51,565 nucleotides of DNA from positions 1-51,565 of the forward strand of contig NW_024705363.1 in NCBI RefSeq assembly GCF_018977255.1. Reading direction: 5' to 3'. Below are positions 36,201 through 51,200 of the stretch, piece after piece (position 1 is the first letter of the stretch; the number at the start of each line of letters is the position of its first letter). The notes beneath the pieces are model-generated. The model was given only the letters and a program-made list of their open reading frames with translations. It did not search any database and was not told where the DNA came from. Source of the DNA: Callorhinchus milii. Its lineage: Eukaryota. The position numbers were made by a program, and so were the translations under genes.

Positions 36201-39200
36201 ACATTGACCATTCGGTGCTGCTTATTCACAAACTTGCCCGACTCCGTCGACATAGTGTGTGTGCGGGTTCGAAGATTGGTGATTACTGATATCGTGTTTA
36301 CATACGGCAGCCGGTTAGGAGAAGAAGTGCATCCTCCAATGCTACCCGCTTTGGCATCCGCGCAATCTTTGTCAGGGGTGGGTTAATGGGGGCACTAAGA
36401 CGAAATACCTCTTTTCCTTACGTCACATAGTGGTCCTTCCAATTCCTGGCATTTACAGAACAACAAGTGTACCAACCACACCGGGTACCGTGTAAAACTG
36501 TTGGGTCCTGTGGTGCGGTATGCAGCGCTCCATTGGTTCGATGCGTCCTATTTCCGTACGGGCTATTGTTCTAGCTAGTCCGAAGGGCTCCCGCCCTTTC
36601 CATCCAATATGATTCAGATGCAGAATGACACGCCGTTCACGTTTGCATACCGGAAGCGAGGAGGAATTTCAATATTCCGTTCCCGGCGCCACTTGTAGCG
36701 TCAAGCTACCGTGTCTGGTGCGTCGTAAATGGCTGGGAATTCAATTAGTTCGATTGTTTTTGTCACTTCAATCATCGTCCCGGTGCTCCTACGATTTGAC
36801 TATATTCTGTCTGAGGTACGCACAAACTGGTAACAAGGATGAACTTACAGCTTAGCTCAGTAAGCAAACGATGTGTTGTGGTGCAGCTTTGGAAGGATAA
36901 AGCTCTTCCCCAATGGACACGAAGTCGGTGCCCATATCGGGTAGCCTTACTGCTAGGGCATATTATACGCGCAGAGCGGGTATGTGTATCATTCCTAACT
37001 GTCGTCACACCAGATGTTCTATTGTTGGCCGAGACCGGACACGCGACGTGCCGGGTCATAGCCGAAAAAACGTGTGTATGTCGTAGGCTCACAGAGAGTA
37101 TCGATATCCCCATAGTGAACTGAGGCTGTGCAAGGAAGGTATCCAACCATGGACTAGCGTGACTACTTAGCGATCGGACACCCTTATGGACTCTCCTCCG
37201 ATAGTACTTCAAGAGCTAACTTATTGATAGACATCTTAACCGGTGGGTCTCGAGAATGCACGTGCCTCTGCCTAAGATCACACAACACGCAAGGCTAAAA
37301 TACCGTTTGCCATGCCCTAGCCTCCGCCCGGTCAGGCTCGCTGCTAGGAAGTCATATATCGCGTTAAGAACACCGTACCGCCGGTATATGAAAGAGGGGA
37401 CGCAATCCTCGGTATCCAGGGCAAAGCATCTCAACTACCAGAGGGCTAACCTCCATTCCATGTCACTCGGGGCTGTAAGGCTCAGGTTGTCCTAATGTCC
37501 ACATAGCGTGGTGACGTAACCTGGCCCCCCGGATCTCCACCTCCTTCGGTCATGTCATGACGTGAGGCCGCCGGTTGAGACATCCATCAGCATTGTATAA
37601 TCACTGTCGCGGACCACAGACTGCAATTTTGGTGCCGCGTCTGAACTAAAACTCGCTACAAAACGTCGGATCCTTGCACACTTGAGCCAAGAAGTCCATC
37701 TGATAGGCTGTTTTTGTCACTGTTGGTGCCCTTGAGAGAAGCGAGAGTTCACGCTCCACTGTTGTCAGAGACCCTCCACCCCATCTTCACCGATTCGTTG
37801 ATCCATGGAATAGATTCACTCCCTGTCGGTTAGTATGTTAAGCCGACAGCGGGCAGTATGCTAATTTGATGCAGCCCTGTGTATCCCAGGCCTGTTTGTG
37901 TGAAGTAAGCGATCACGCCCTATTGTAACACAAGAGATACGAATGCCCCCACTGTCTGCTACGGGCGGTTAGCTTGGGAAGGCCTATGTCCGGTTGTTAA
38001 TCCGTCCTGAGAAGAACTAGTTGGGATCCATCTAAGCGAACCGTATAAGTGGTTAAGAGCTCGACCTGTTTACTTGTAGGTTCAGAATCACTAACTTCTC
38101 TAAAACTTAATACGACGAATTGCAGGTGTCCGAGCTAGGGTTTGACTCGTACAACGTGCATCCCGTGTACCCCGGTCGCTAGTACAATGACTTCCCCTTC
38201 GCGGCCTAGAAGGGATGGTACACTTTCCAGACGCTATTCACACTGGACTACTACAACTGTATCTAAACCTGGGAACCCACGCGATACTCAGTGAGCCCGG
38301 GGATCGCAACAAGCTGCTGAGGCGAACTAACGTATTCGGCTTACTTGCACCATGAGAGTATTTCCTGGGACCGTAAACATACACTGAATTTGAGAGGTCT
38401 GTAGACACAAGTTAATTTAAAATTGGTCCCTGTGTAACGCATGGAAAATGGAGAGACTTTGATCATTCTAACTTTAAACACATCAATGCAGACAACTGTG
38501 TCTCTACATGGTAATATATTCCCCGCGCGGCATAACGTGAATTGGCCATGCGCATCAGCTTGTCTAGATCGGTAAATGACTACTGAGTTTAAAACTCACC
38601 GTCTGGGGCAGGAAGAAGGAAAGGCTGTCGAAACCTAATCATGGTTCGGACTCGAATGCAAACTTTCTGTAAGCACCTAGTACTAAGTGGATCCCCGTTT
38701 TCCCTAGACTTACTTCTCTGGGCGCGTTAAGCATGTGGATTGAGGGTCTGACGGACAGCCTTGCTACGATTTGACACTAAGCAGAGGAGGCGGCAGTCGC
38801 GGAGGCGATCACGAACAGCACAGGATTTATAGTGTACCGAGGAGATTGCGAAAATAGATCATACGGGATACTGAGCTAAGATGGTTCAAGTGGGGCGTTG
38901 ACGAGCATGTAAGAGACCTGTTTACCGGGCGGATTAAGGGACCAGTAACGAAGAGTATACGCAGTAGTAGCAGATCGGGAGAGAAGTAGGGAAATGCTAG
39001 TATTCTGTGATTGGGCTCGTAAATCATTTATCAGGTACCCTGACCGACGTTGCGTCAGACTGGGGGCCGAGGTACTGACCGGCGGCACTGTACGCTATCA
39101 CGAGGGTGGCTACAATGTCTCTTTAGGCGTAGTCGCGAGCCAGCTCTGAAACGTATACTTCACGGATTGAGAGCACCTTTTGTGCTCCGGGAGTCGATTT

Positions 39201-42200
39201 CAAACTGAGCGCTTGATGGAAACCACGCTTGGGAGTGAATCGAACCTTTTAAAAAGCGTTTCAGTGTCCTATGCTATCGATGATCACCAAATGCGAACTT
39301 ATATTTATTCTGCCGCGCAACCTTCATGAGAGAAATCTACACCCCTCTGTATTCTGTATCGAGCAGAAGGTCACCCGACTCGGAATTGTTCAGGGCGTGG
39401 GTTGGAAGCCGAGAGCCCGCATTCTAGACAGTAACACAAATATAATTTGTGCACGGGGGTCTCACGCCACAAGTAAAGAGTTACCTGAACTTGTCAAACG
39501 CGGGCCCCGCCGACCATCACCATGGCGTTGGTGGGGGGAAACTGGGTGGCGCCATACGTCCTCGGACAATTTAGGTTCAAGACTCTCGTCTGCAGGTGTC
39601 ACAGAAACTAGCCAGGCCAGCTTCGATCCCGGCAGGAAGACTATCCTCCCGTCGATTAGGCTCCTGGCGCACTTTGATCTTGCAATGTTAATCGGTGCAG
39701 CGCAAGTTCCTAGTTACGGTCAGTAAATACGTCGACTTCTGCCCTCGGCCCCTGGCTTTGAGTTAGACTTCGCTTATATCGACGACTTATCAAACGTACT
39801 TTGGAACGTGTCAAATCAGGAGCAGCCCCAAACACCAAAATGAACGAATGATCTAAGTTGCTCATCATGAGGTGATGTACAATATTTATCCGACAAAGCT
39901 ACTTCGATAACGGACGATCGGCGAGCGTCGTGTTAGCATTATGCTCCCAAAAACCCTCTGCTGCGTAAGTTCGCTTGTAAGATTATGAGTGCGGTTGGCT
40001 CAGGCTTGTATTGCACGGAAGGAGACGCAAGAAGGAGATCCTTGTAGGTGTATCGAGGTTAGACAATTCGCGTTGCACGGGCCGTTGATAGAAATACTTT
40101 GATTCCGAAATGTACTGAATTTAGCAAATGACATTTGATGCCCTGACTACTCCATGTGCCCCTAGTGTTATAAGCGTAGTCCTATGATTAACACCACGGC
40201 GGCATTTTCCTATCAGCCAAAGCAGCAGCTGGGTATGGGGAAACGCAGGCCAAGCCCAGCAGGGGCCGCACTTATGGGTATGGCAGAATGGTGTTGTTGG
40301 ACCCGGCCCGTTCTGGGAACAGGTCAACGTTAGCCCGTACCCTCAATCGTTTGGACGGGAGTGCGGCTCACGAAATGATCACATCAGGCTTAATCCTATC
40401 AGAGTGACCAGGTAGGGTTTGGAGCAGTTCCCGTGCGTCCCGGAATGCCTGCGGGTTTCGCCCTGCTGTGCCACGCATATTGGTGGTCGTGAAAAATATC
40501 TCATAGGAAACTGTTGGCGCTTACTGACAACAAAGTGCATGAGGGCCCCTCGCCTTCAAAAAAAATCCGCGACCACCTTGCTAAATCTTACTCACACAGC
40601 CTAGATAAGCATGTACGATCGTATCGAGACTATAAAGGTTACGGGACCAGCGCCTTATCCAGACCAACGAACCAGTGAAGTGTTTCCCGCCAGGTGATTA
40701 ATAACTTTGGTAGCGCTTGTTGTCCGACTGAGCCAATATGAGAAAACAGATGCCGGCTCGAACTGTCTCCCCGACTACACCAGGTGTGGCTACTAAGTTG
40801 TCTTCCAACAATGGCTTAGTACCACCCTCACCTTAAGAGCATCCCGTCCCCCTGCCTTCGCTCGCCCGCGTACGTACCCTTTCCACAAGCGATGACACTG
40901 TATTTCGCCCCCAGGCTAATAAATTGCGAAAACCTAAAGGGGAATAGCACATTTGAAAAACTCGCGGGGTTCAAGGTACCTTCAAAGGCCTGGCTAGGGA
41001 GTCTTAGCCTGCGACTGCATAAAGGGAACAAACCGGTCGTATTGACGGCTGGTTCGACGCTGATTGCCAGGGTAAGGCGAGCTCCTGGTTGACGGATTTG
41101 AGGCTGAAGCGAGAATTCTCCGTTGCCAACATGTATCCCCCTGATGACCCCTGATTCGGTCTAGCAAAGACCTCGGACACGATTCTATCCCTTTATTTCG
41201 TCCAAACTAGCCATTGTGCACTTCAAAACTCTCAGAAGCAAAGGAGCTTTCATCTTGTTGGTAGTGCTCTGCCGCGCAGTTTTAATAAGTTCATCTTTCC
41301 CCTGACCACCTAAGCACACAGTCCGTGATTCGTACGGGGTATTACTCAAACGACAAGAATCGAAAAAGCTAAGTCGCTCAAGACATACCTGCTGGGGCGT
41401 CATCACGAAATGCTCCGTAATCAACTTTACGAGACGGACCGATAAGAGCACAAAACCAGGACGCCATGGACAAGACTTGAGGATAACACGGGAGAGCCTT
41501 ATTGGATTTAACTCAGACATGAGGCGAGGCGCGAGAATGCTAGAGCCCGTCTTATTACACCAGAACGTGTGGTAGGTAATACGAGCGGTTCATTATGCGC
41601 ACACAACATCATGTACACTGAATACTGCCCCTGCTGGGACGGCACATATTTCGATTTGTAGCGCATCAGAAGAAATGATAAGCTTACGGCGCGCGCCTAA
41701 CGTCCAGTAATACAATCAAAGTGGCCAAATTCGTTCAATCACCTATGACCATTTTTAATAGATATTTCTAGTATCGCATAGAATAGTGCGAAAAGGCCAG
41801 CATACGTATTTGACGCATTTGACACCGGACGATCCCACGTTCCCAATCGTATGATGATCTTACCAAGTGAACCACACGCACGTGTCATAAAAAACTTCAG
41901 GGAACTAGAGACCTTACGTCATTGGTATCGCATCTTTCCCCATAATTATGCGGAGTATAGCACATAAGGAACACAGGTCGACAATCGATTAGTCTAATTC
42001 CACCAGACCTTTATTAATGGGGATGCGTCATAGCTGGAGAACGCGTTCTTCCTGAGTAAGGTAGATAGGTAACCACCCTGCGTAAGTTTACTCGCGTAAC
42101 GTGCCCTAGCTGCTGTTAGAATTCATGTGAAGCACTAATTTGGTTATTTTCTGGCCTCTAGTTCGATAGCGGCCGAGGCATATGCATGGTAGGGTAAATT

Positions 42201-45200
42201 GAGGTATCATTGAATGTGGCGAGAGGCGCTGCAGTTCGAACAGAACAGTGAGCCGGTACATGTTAATAGATAGCAGGGCCGCAGAGTTATGCCGAGCTTC
42301 CGTATCACAGATGGAACCCTAAAGAGGAGCTTGAGGCTGTCCTGTTAAACAGATCGACCTTGTTATAACAACCGTCGGACGAGGTTCCGGTGGCATCCTG
42401 AGTCTAGCTTGATATCCGGGGGATCTATCCCACATGCAGCAGGTAGTTTAAAACTGAGCCCGTGGCTTGGAACAGCGCAAGTGCATCCCCTGTAGTATAT
42501 TGCCGTCGGATCCCGAAGAGGAAGGTGAACTATCATAAGTGCATCTACTGATATGGCAATTCCAGGCGACCCATGGGCAGCGCTAACGCTAGTCTAACTT
42601 TTCCGTGGGTCTAATCCTCCAACTGTGTTCTTGGGCTATAGATAAGACGCTAACAACGACACACGCTATATGTTGTACTATTAACGAGGGGGACGACCAA
42701 TAGCACGTCAGTTATACGGGCAGTAACCGACATGTTGGACCCGCCCTCCCATAGTGTGCGCTTGTCGTAAAGTTAAGTGTTCTCTAGTATTTGTATTTTG
42801 AGAGCGGATACGGGGTGATCAGTACAGAACACGCTTTTCAACATGTGCGGGTGCTGAGTAATGAGGCCAGAATATTGATCATTGCCACCACTTGTAGTGT
42901 GGAGTTTGACACCACGATTCTGTAGTTTTCTTTGACGCAACACGGCGAAGTGGGAAGAACGAAGTAGTGTCCTTTTGGCGTCGTCGCGTCCAAATCAAGA
43001 ACTGAAAAGAGGGATGGTGGTCACAACTGGACAAGGACTACGTCCTCACTGTGGGGCCATAAAGCACCATATTGCTGACGTTAAATTCTCTGGATACCAC
43101 CGGAACAGTTGTGTTTAGCTTTAATTGAGTTTCAGTTGGGAACATCGGACCTTAGTGATCAAATACACATACTTTTTAAGGCGCGAAACTGGGTCTGCAG
43201 GTATTTGGTCAGCTCTAGTGCTAGCAATAACTACAGGAAGGGTCTTCGGTGTTTCATACTACTAGGATGCATGGTCGACCAACCGTCCTGATCAAGTAGG
43301 ATCACACGCCATTGCATCAGGGAGAGTGAGTAGAGTTAATGTGAACAAGTGTTGGTCTAAATTGTCCACGCGTCATCTCGCGTAGTTGCGAAAGGGGTAA
43401 CAAAACGCGATTTGAGATCGAGTCAGCTATAATAGCAGGCGATACGTTGCAAGAACTTGGACCCCAATTATCAGAGCGTCAGGCAGGCGAGTCGGGGGAA
43501 AGCATCTGTAGTAAATGTGGCCTTTGAAAATACCGTAACTAAGCCAGGTAGCGCAGCAAGTGGTGCACTCAAGTTTGAAATTCTGATCGGAAAGCACCGA
43601 ACCTCGAGAGCGGGCACAAAATAGGCAATGGACCAGATTCGTGTGTGCTTCCTACAACGCCATAACGTATGAAGAGAGAGGGAACACTTCTCGTCATGCT
43701 TCGACTGACCGTTAAGGATCGGAGCAGGTGTATTTGCAAAGGCACTGCAATCGACCATGGCTAGATGCACATCAACGTCATCGGTCTGACCTGTACCGGC
43801 ATTATCCCTTCTCTATGATTCCTGTCTTATATCGTGTCTTCAACTAACGGACCAGATCGCGATATAAGAGGAACATATAGTTTCCTGTGTCCTAACCTTA
43901 CGGGTTGGAACCGCGCCGCGCATGGAGCTTGTATATCGCTTCACGGCGGACGGAGATAGGCGGCGCTATATCTGGACGCAACCGCTATACTCTGTTTCGA
44001 TATGCTATCGTACGACAACTTGACGAACGGTCTGCTGGACACGGTACCCATGTTCTAACTTCCAACCGAGTACACCTCATTGAGCCCGGGTATGCATAGA
44101 CACCAAGTAGATTTGCGCAAGGTGAACCGAGCCCCGGACTACACGCTTCAGGAGTAATTGATTAGTTCGTGACGTGAGAGAGGGACGCACCGAGGACTGC
44201 AAATAATGCGGGAAACGTCAGTTAAAGCGACTTCCGTCTGCGTGATTAATTGAGTACATAACAAGCTATGGGTCAAGCCTTTGCCTAGGGCCGACTTTAG
44301 CTATTAGACACCGTCTGGTGCTGGCTATAATATAAAACCAATCTTCTTGTGCGGTTGTACCTTATCCTTTCGTCCCGACTGGTAGTACAATTGGGCTGAG
44401 CGCCGGGATGTCGTGGTCGTTTACATCGGGAACAGTCTGTAGAACGTAGGACAGACAGTCGGACTAGCCGAACGGGACGTGGATCCAACCGAACACGGCC
44501 TTAAAGCCTCCCATCAGTTAACTAAAATCAACGACTCCTGGGTGTCCCGTATGATGTGACATTTAAGGCTCCCGGGAGGCGTGAGTGCGGGACGTGGCAT
44601 CCGAGTGGGATTCATTTCTGGGTTTACAGGCCATTGCAGGAATTATTTGTGCGCTCATCGAGAACAATAGTCGACAGTATCCTCCCGAAGCACGCAAATT
44701 GGCGAGAAAATCTCTGGTACGTCGAGCACCAGGCTATTAACTCCCCGCACGATCACACGAACTCAATACACGCGGTAAACTTTTATGGACAAGCACCAAG
44801 TACATGAGATGTGGGTAGCACAATCTCTTTGGTCACCGGAGCAATAACGATGGAAGGTTAATGAGTGTATAAGTAATAAAATCCTTCACCGGCGATAAAC
44901 GACGGTTTGATATCCTCCCTGCTGGTGAGTGATCATGGGAGCTACGCAATATATTCTGGAAGGCGCACCCACTTCAAGTTGTTCGGAAAAGCTGCTGAGA
45001 GATCCCTAAACCTGGGGTCGCTAGCTACATATGTTTTGGAGGCTATATGTAACCGACACTAGCCTATGGAGGGGTAAACAGCTGCGATGGTTCGGCAGAT
45101 CCTAAGGAACCACTTAAAGACATAGTATGACTTATAGTAAGACCTAACTGTAGGGAGCTAGGACACGTAACTTAATACCGCACTGTATCGCTAAATCTGC

Positions 45201-48200
45201 AAGTTTTGTAACTGAGTAACGGTTGTATGACCGTCGTATCTGGCTGGCAGTGTGCGTTTCATACTGTTACGAACTAAAGTTCGACACCAGATCTAAATTG
45301 CGTTGGTTTTCCGGCAAGGGTAATCCAATAGGGGACAGTCACCCCCACTTATGAGCCTCACTTTTTTGAGTCATACGTCCATCTTGGAGGGCACGTTTCT
45401 AGTAGTGTGGAAAAAAGACTAATTTACTAGCCTCTGACGTTGTATAGCAGGGGTGGGCGCATCCATGAACTTATGAATCCAGACCTTGAGAAAATTATTA
45501 ATGTTAAATGACGTAACACTGGGCGATACGCAGCATATAACCACTCAGGAGTGATATGTGCCCATAGGGAACTGTAGACGCATTTCTGTCGGCTCCGAGG
45601 GTGTAATGGCCGGAGATCATCGGGTTCGTGGTTCCCAGACGTGACCTGATTCGTGGAGGCCTTGCTGGACCCTCTCACAAGTGGACCTTTCAGCTCGCTT
45701 GCCTTCACAACTCCAAAGAAACACATCGGAACTAATTAGATGTGCAGACCGAGGCCGGTGGCTCTTATCATCTTTAGGCATTGATTTTCCTTTGTGTCGT
45801 AACGTTGCGTGTCCCCGGTGTTCCCGGTTGCAAGTATATTGAATCTCGCGACGCTTCATCACTTGAGTCTGCTAAGAGAGCCCTACAGCAAGTTGAATTA
45901 TGTTCTAGAGAAAAAACGCCCTATTACGTTATGCTTGGGAAGGACCATATTATGAAGAGTGGTCGCATCATGGATGCTACATTCCACGGCCTCGTCCATT
46001 TTAGACTCACTCCATTTAGTTGAGTAAGTGTACGAGAATGTATGGCACTGAGCGAAGCGTACATCAGGGCACCTTACCTAGCTACATCTGGTGCCATGTT
46101 TGTCTAAGACGATGCCCGTTGACGCACCGATTCGAAAAGCGTCCTCTCCAATGCGCGTACTACGCGTGAGCGTATCGCCAGAGGAACTGAAAATTAGTTG
46201 TGCGATCGTGATGCACTCCAATAACTACCTCCAGACTACGGTTTCATTTCATTTGGATGGTTTGGGTGAATAATTGCAAATCATACAGCTTGCCTGGCAG
46301 GATCTGGAAAAAACAAGCCCCGCAGGAATATGGGTGCGAGTTGAGGGGGATGGCTTAGGATGATACTGCCGAATGTATACCGTCGATGAGTCCGGAGACG
46401 ATGCATAATAACTCTTGAGGGAGAGCAGACCATGCTGATACGGCTGATTGATGACGCCCCCCGTAATGTGTTTGTGGCCTTGTGCTTCTTTAAGAGAGCG
46501 GACCGGGACTACAGTCCCCCGAACCACTATGTCCATAATCGTTCGAGTTCGGTACTACGCTTGAAGGACGAGAAGACGCGCGTGAAACATATCTCCGCAA
46601 GGGCCTGTTGTCGGTCCGCACCAACTCACCTTCGCTCCGTTACCCGTAATTGTACAATTGTGTAACGATCCAGGCGCTCAGGTTAGAATAGGTCCAGCTT
46701 GACTTGCGGCCTACGTATTTTGTTCTGGCAGCCGTGAATAGAGATATGAGGAGAGGCAGTGTACCGCCTTTTGGGTGATTTTTCACTGAATATTTCGCAT
46801 GCACAAGCGGTTGAGATCGGCCCCGTCCTATCGATAGAGGAATAAGTGGTCACCATGAGCGATCACTCTCCACGGTCGGAGGAGACAAATTTCTGGGAGA
46901 CTGCAAAGGTGCACTCCAAACGTGGCAAGTTTGTGTGCGTCTGTAATAGGACAGCCCTGGTCTTCCGCTCATTGTAAAACAGCCTGGACCTCTTATATAC
47001 CAGTTTGTCAAGGCGCACCCGAACTAGAGGGGCTGCCAGCAATACATGCTTAGTACTCCACCAATAACATATTGCCCTACTTAAGCCAAGGTACCCTAAA
47101 TTGGTCACGGGCTCGCCTCTAGCTCTAAGTAATAACAGAACAAGCCTATCACCCCTAGGACTTGGCGGACATCGGATTCCTCGGTGCTGCCCCGCGCGGC
47201 CTACCCGTTCCGAGATCGGAATCCCTATCCCAGTGTGACAGAACAAAGAAAACCGCAGTGGGCCATGGCGTCTGACGCGGGCAATAGTTGAATATGAGCG
47301 CCCTCAGGTACTCTAACAGACCTTAGGGAGTGTGTACAGAGGCCTCACTGGTTACTTACTGTTAGTCGTGCATCCAGTTTATAACAGCAAACAAATTCAG
47401 TCGTGATTCGCGGCCTAGTCGGTCAGCAGCAACTACCCGCCTACCACGGTATCTTCCGCCTTAGGAAGTTCCCAGAAACTGAATGAGAGTTGGATGGTAA
47501 GAAACGATTGTGTGCGCCTCTCCCTGTAGTCCTTTAGGGCGATAATAAGCGCAATGACAACTGCGAGCGGTCCAGACGAGTCGGTCGGCTCATTTTTTTC
47601 CTTCGGCTAGTACTAATTTAATATCTAGACAGGTATTCCCACCGCGTCTCGTAATGATACCTACACGGACCGGGGCGTATGATGCTAGATAGAATCGATC
47701 ACAGTATAGTGTCTGGCTTGATCGGGCCACGTGTGTGTTTGAATCGCGGGCCCAAATGCGAGTTACAGATGGGGAGAGGTCCTCTTAAGTAACTCTTTCC
47801 GTACACTAGGTTCTGAAACCCGTCACTGTTTGCCATGGGGTACCTTGCTGCAGATTCAGAAGCTCAAGGCATCGCGACCCAAGCCTGACTTCGTGAGCCA
47901 GCGGATTCCAGCAGATTAAATGTGCCCTTTAAACGTGAGAACACGCTGGAAATCACAGTCCCGCACTACCTACTCAGGCCTTAGTTGTAGTTGCTCACAG
48001 ACACTCACCTCTAAGTAAGGTGATGCCGCGAGATCTAATTGCCGCGTGATATTGGGCGAAACACCTAAAGGCTCAAGATTCCGTGTTTGGCGCGACATGT
48101 CACCTTCGGGTACTGTAAACGCTGTAACGATACGTTCGCTTGACAGGATTTATCGCAGAACCGACTCTAGCGGGAATTCGAATATCTGAACTCGTTGTAG

Positions 48201-51200
48201 TATTTTGAAAAGGAAATCTTCATCCATTGAAAAAGTTGAGACGAAAAAATGGTCATCAGTTTGGGCGTTCGGTGCAAACCTGGGACTGCAGTGGCGGGCA
48301 TTACCATTATTTACTAGCTTAAGAAATAAGTTATCCGATTCCGAAATTACATCAGGAAGCACGCTAGAGTCTATCATTCTGGGACCTGGATCTAATTATA
48401 GGTGGTACGCGACACTGGAGAGGTAAGGCTCTAACTATGGAATAGGCGCCGAATCTCATGCAAATGGCGGTAAGTTACTTGTTACCCTATAGGGTAGCGA
48501 CTTATACAATTTAGTGCGGTCGACAAAGCTAGTTAAAAGTTAAAGATCTCTAAACCCACACCGGGTATTCCGACTAATGTAGAAAATGGGTTGTCTTAGC
48601 GCTAAGGAAAAACACTTTCTATACACTTTAAACTTGTTATATCCTTATCCCGCGATTATTGACCTGTGATCGTAATTAGGATGGAAGTTTACGAGCCAAA
48701 CTAATTACAACGACTCCTACAGACATACTCTGGCGCGCAGTCACTCTGGCATATCGCTGCCTTACGATTGATCACGGTGTGGCGACGTAAGATAGGTGTT
48801 CTGTAGACTAGTGACGCTGTAAATAATGCGTACAATTAATTGGTGGGCGCGAGTAAGAAGAAGGCTACTACCGGTCCGGCGACAGCACCCATTGTGCCTT
48901 TCGCGGTGCTTATACCAAAAACCATTAAGAGATCTCGGCTCTGGCTGCTCAATGGGTCAAGCTAGATCCCGGGCACACAAACCATGGCGTTAGGTCGGGG
49001 GGGACAGAAAAGTAGCACAGTGATCTCATCGGTATCCACCTTGGGGATGACAGTTATTCCCTCTTGTTGGGCACATCAACAGTCTGATGATGACCTTCTA
49101 TTCTACAATCTGATTCAGAATACGGAACAATTTCATTGGCTCGGACAATTCTTAGATTTTGTAGGAACTTCAACATGTCCAGAATGGGAGAGAAACGCGG
49201 CTGCTTATAGTGCCAAGGTTATAGTCGGCCACACGGCTTAGATCATTAAACTTGGTAGGTACGTGTTACTAGCTTTACCTAGTACCATAGTCTACATACC
49301 ATACGTCATGAGTCATGTTACTTTCGCGGCGTAATCGCAATGGGGTTAACCGCGTCCGGCAATTCACCAATTGTGCGTAACTTCTTGCCGCATTAAAGGG
49401 GCCCAACGATCAGGTTAAGACTAGAGACCAACCATAAAGCCGATCTCCAGTCTAATTATTATGCCATAGCGATCATATTTTTATTCTGCGCACTTCTGAC
49501 TTTTTCACGCTCCTACGTGGTCTGAGTTGAGTATGAAACGCCGTTAAGTGCACTGTTAGTAAGTACACAATTCTCTGGCTGCGAAGGGGCCTAACTTAAC
49601 AAGGAATTTCTACTTGGGACTGAGTACGGTATCAACTAATCAGTCGAAGGTACCTGTTGCCTCGCCGGGAGCTCGGTTCTCCGACCAAGTGAGTATACTA
49701 TCTTACGTCGGGAGCGGCGACACCCAACGATCCCCTATAGCGCGGGCCCATGGCCATACAGCCGCATCACGGATGTATATTTATATGAAAGCGTTTGGAT
49801 TGAACAGCGCGGAAACGAAGGTAGTAGGTAGTGGTGCAAGGTCTAACATAAGAATGCTGAAACTTCAGTGCGGCCGTTCGACGCCGGCGCTTTTGTGGAT
49901 TAGGGCTCTGCGCCGTGCCGATAGAATTCAGCACGGTTTCCTCTGTAAATGCTCAGTCTCAAGGCCGCCCGTGGGCCCCATTCCATGTACACGCGATAGA
50001 GTATGGACAATGGCTATATAGGTAAGTCAGTTAGCAGGGCTAATTGTTCGCTCCATAACTACATTTTAAGGCTAGTACTTACGAGCTGAGAGCTGCTGGT
50101 AACTCACACACGTGTCTCCCCAGACTTGCGCATACACAGAGGTGCCCATCTTCCTATCTTAACTATTGCAACATACTATAAGATTTTAGCCTAAATGTAC
50201 CTCCAAGAGCAACTAAAGGTAATATTTGGGTCAGGGCGACACACCGATAGATGTCACTTAGCCTACAAAAGCTGCACCCACCACCATGGCACCCGCGATT
50301 AGCTGTGTCTTTAGGAAACTGGTAGTAAGGCGGGAGTTGTTAGCTGTGCCAGTACCAGAACTTTAACGATAGCACATTAAGGCTGGCACGACCGAACTTC
50401 AGGATCAGGGTTACGTAATGTGCATGAGGGTCAGATAATTCCGGTCTCTAAAACTGGCAACGATAGGTGGATTGTGCGACATATCCCAGCGGGGTTCGTG
50501 CGGATTCTCCAATCAAATTCGAGTGCGCATCATAGCAATGTTATCGATTAGTTACTCTGTAACGAGCGCGGACGGCAGATGATCTTGAAATATGGCGTGG
50601 TGCCAGGTTTCGAAATCGACTACCTTACGGACAATACTCGATTAGGCGTTGGCCTGTATCGTCAGGCTCCTTGAGATCACTATTTTCTTGCTGGGGGACG
50701 AAAAACAGCGACGTCAACCCCGTGGCGACCACTATGCATTTTATGTACACATAGATACAAACGCTAAGACCGGACCACAGGTAGCCCCGCATGGCTGGCT
50801 GAACGAAGACGCTATACCCGATGTAGTTCAGACCCTTCTCATTGTTGAAGATACGACCCATGGAATCTTCAACGAGGTGGACTGGTGCCATATCGATCCC
50901 GTATGAGAGGGGGACGGAAGTGCCCGATGTTAGAGAGGTCAATATAGACTCTTCAAATAGTATGCGTCCCGGCCCGCTTTATCTACAGAAGCCCTATCTT
51001 GTCCCGTCAGCACGCACAACCCCGCCTGTTGCGGAAACACACAAGGAGCCCGAGGGTAACATTACTTCGTGACACAGGCAAGATAACGAACTCTAGAAAT
51101 CCCAAACACGATTACTATAAGTTCGCTTGGATCTACGTCCTGGGTAAAGTACTGATGATGCCTGTCGTGAGCGCGGGGACCAAGCGCGGTTGGTAGCCGA

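Noticed and set aside
35782..37713. 14-bp repeat CTGATAGGCTGTTT at 35782 and 37700
   Set aside because: About one such pair is expected by chance in 27 kb (n^2/2 divided by 4^14).
36772..50021. Longest ORFs in the right half (146, 151, 127 and 135 aa)
   Set aside because: No recognisable domains or gene-like arrangement; lengths are compatible with random sequence.
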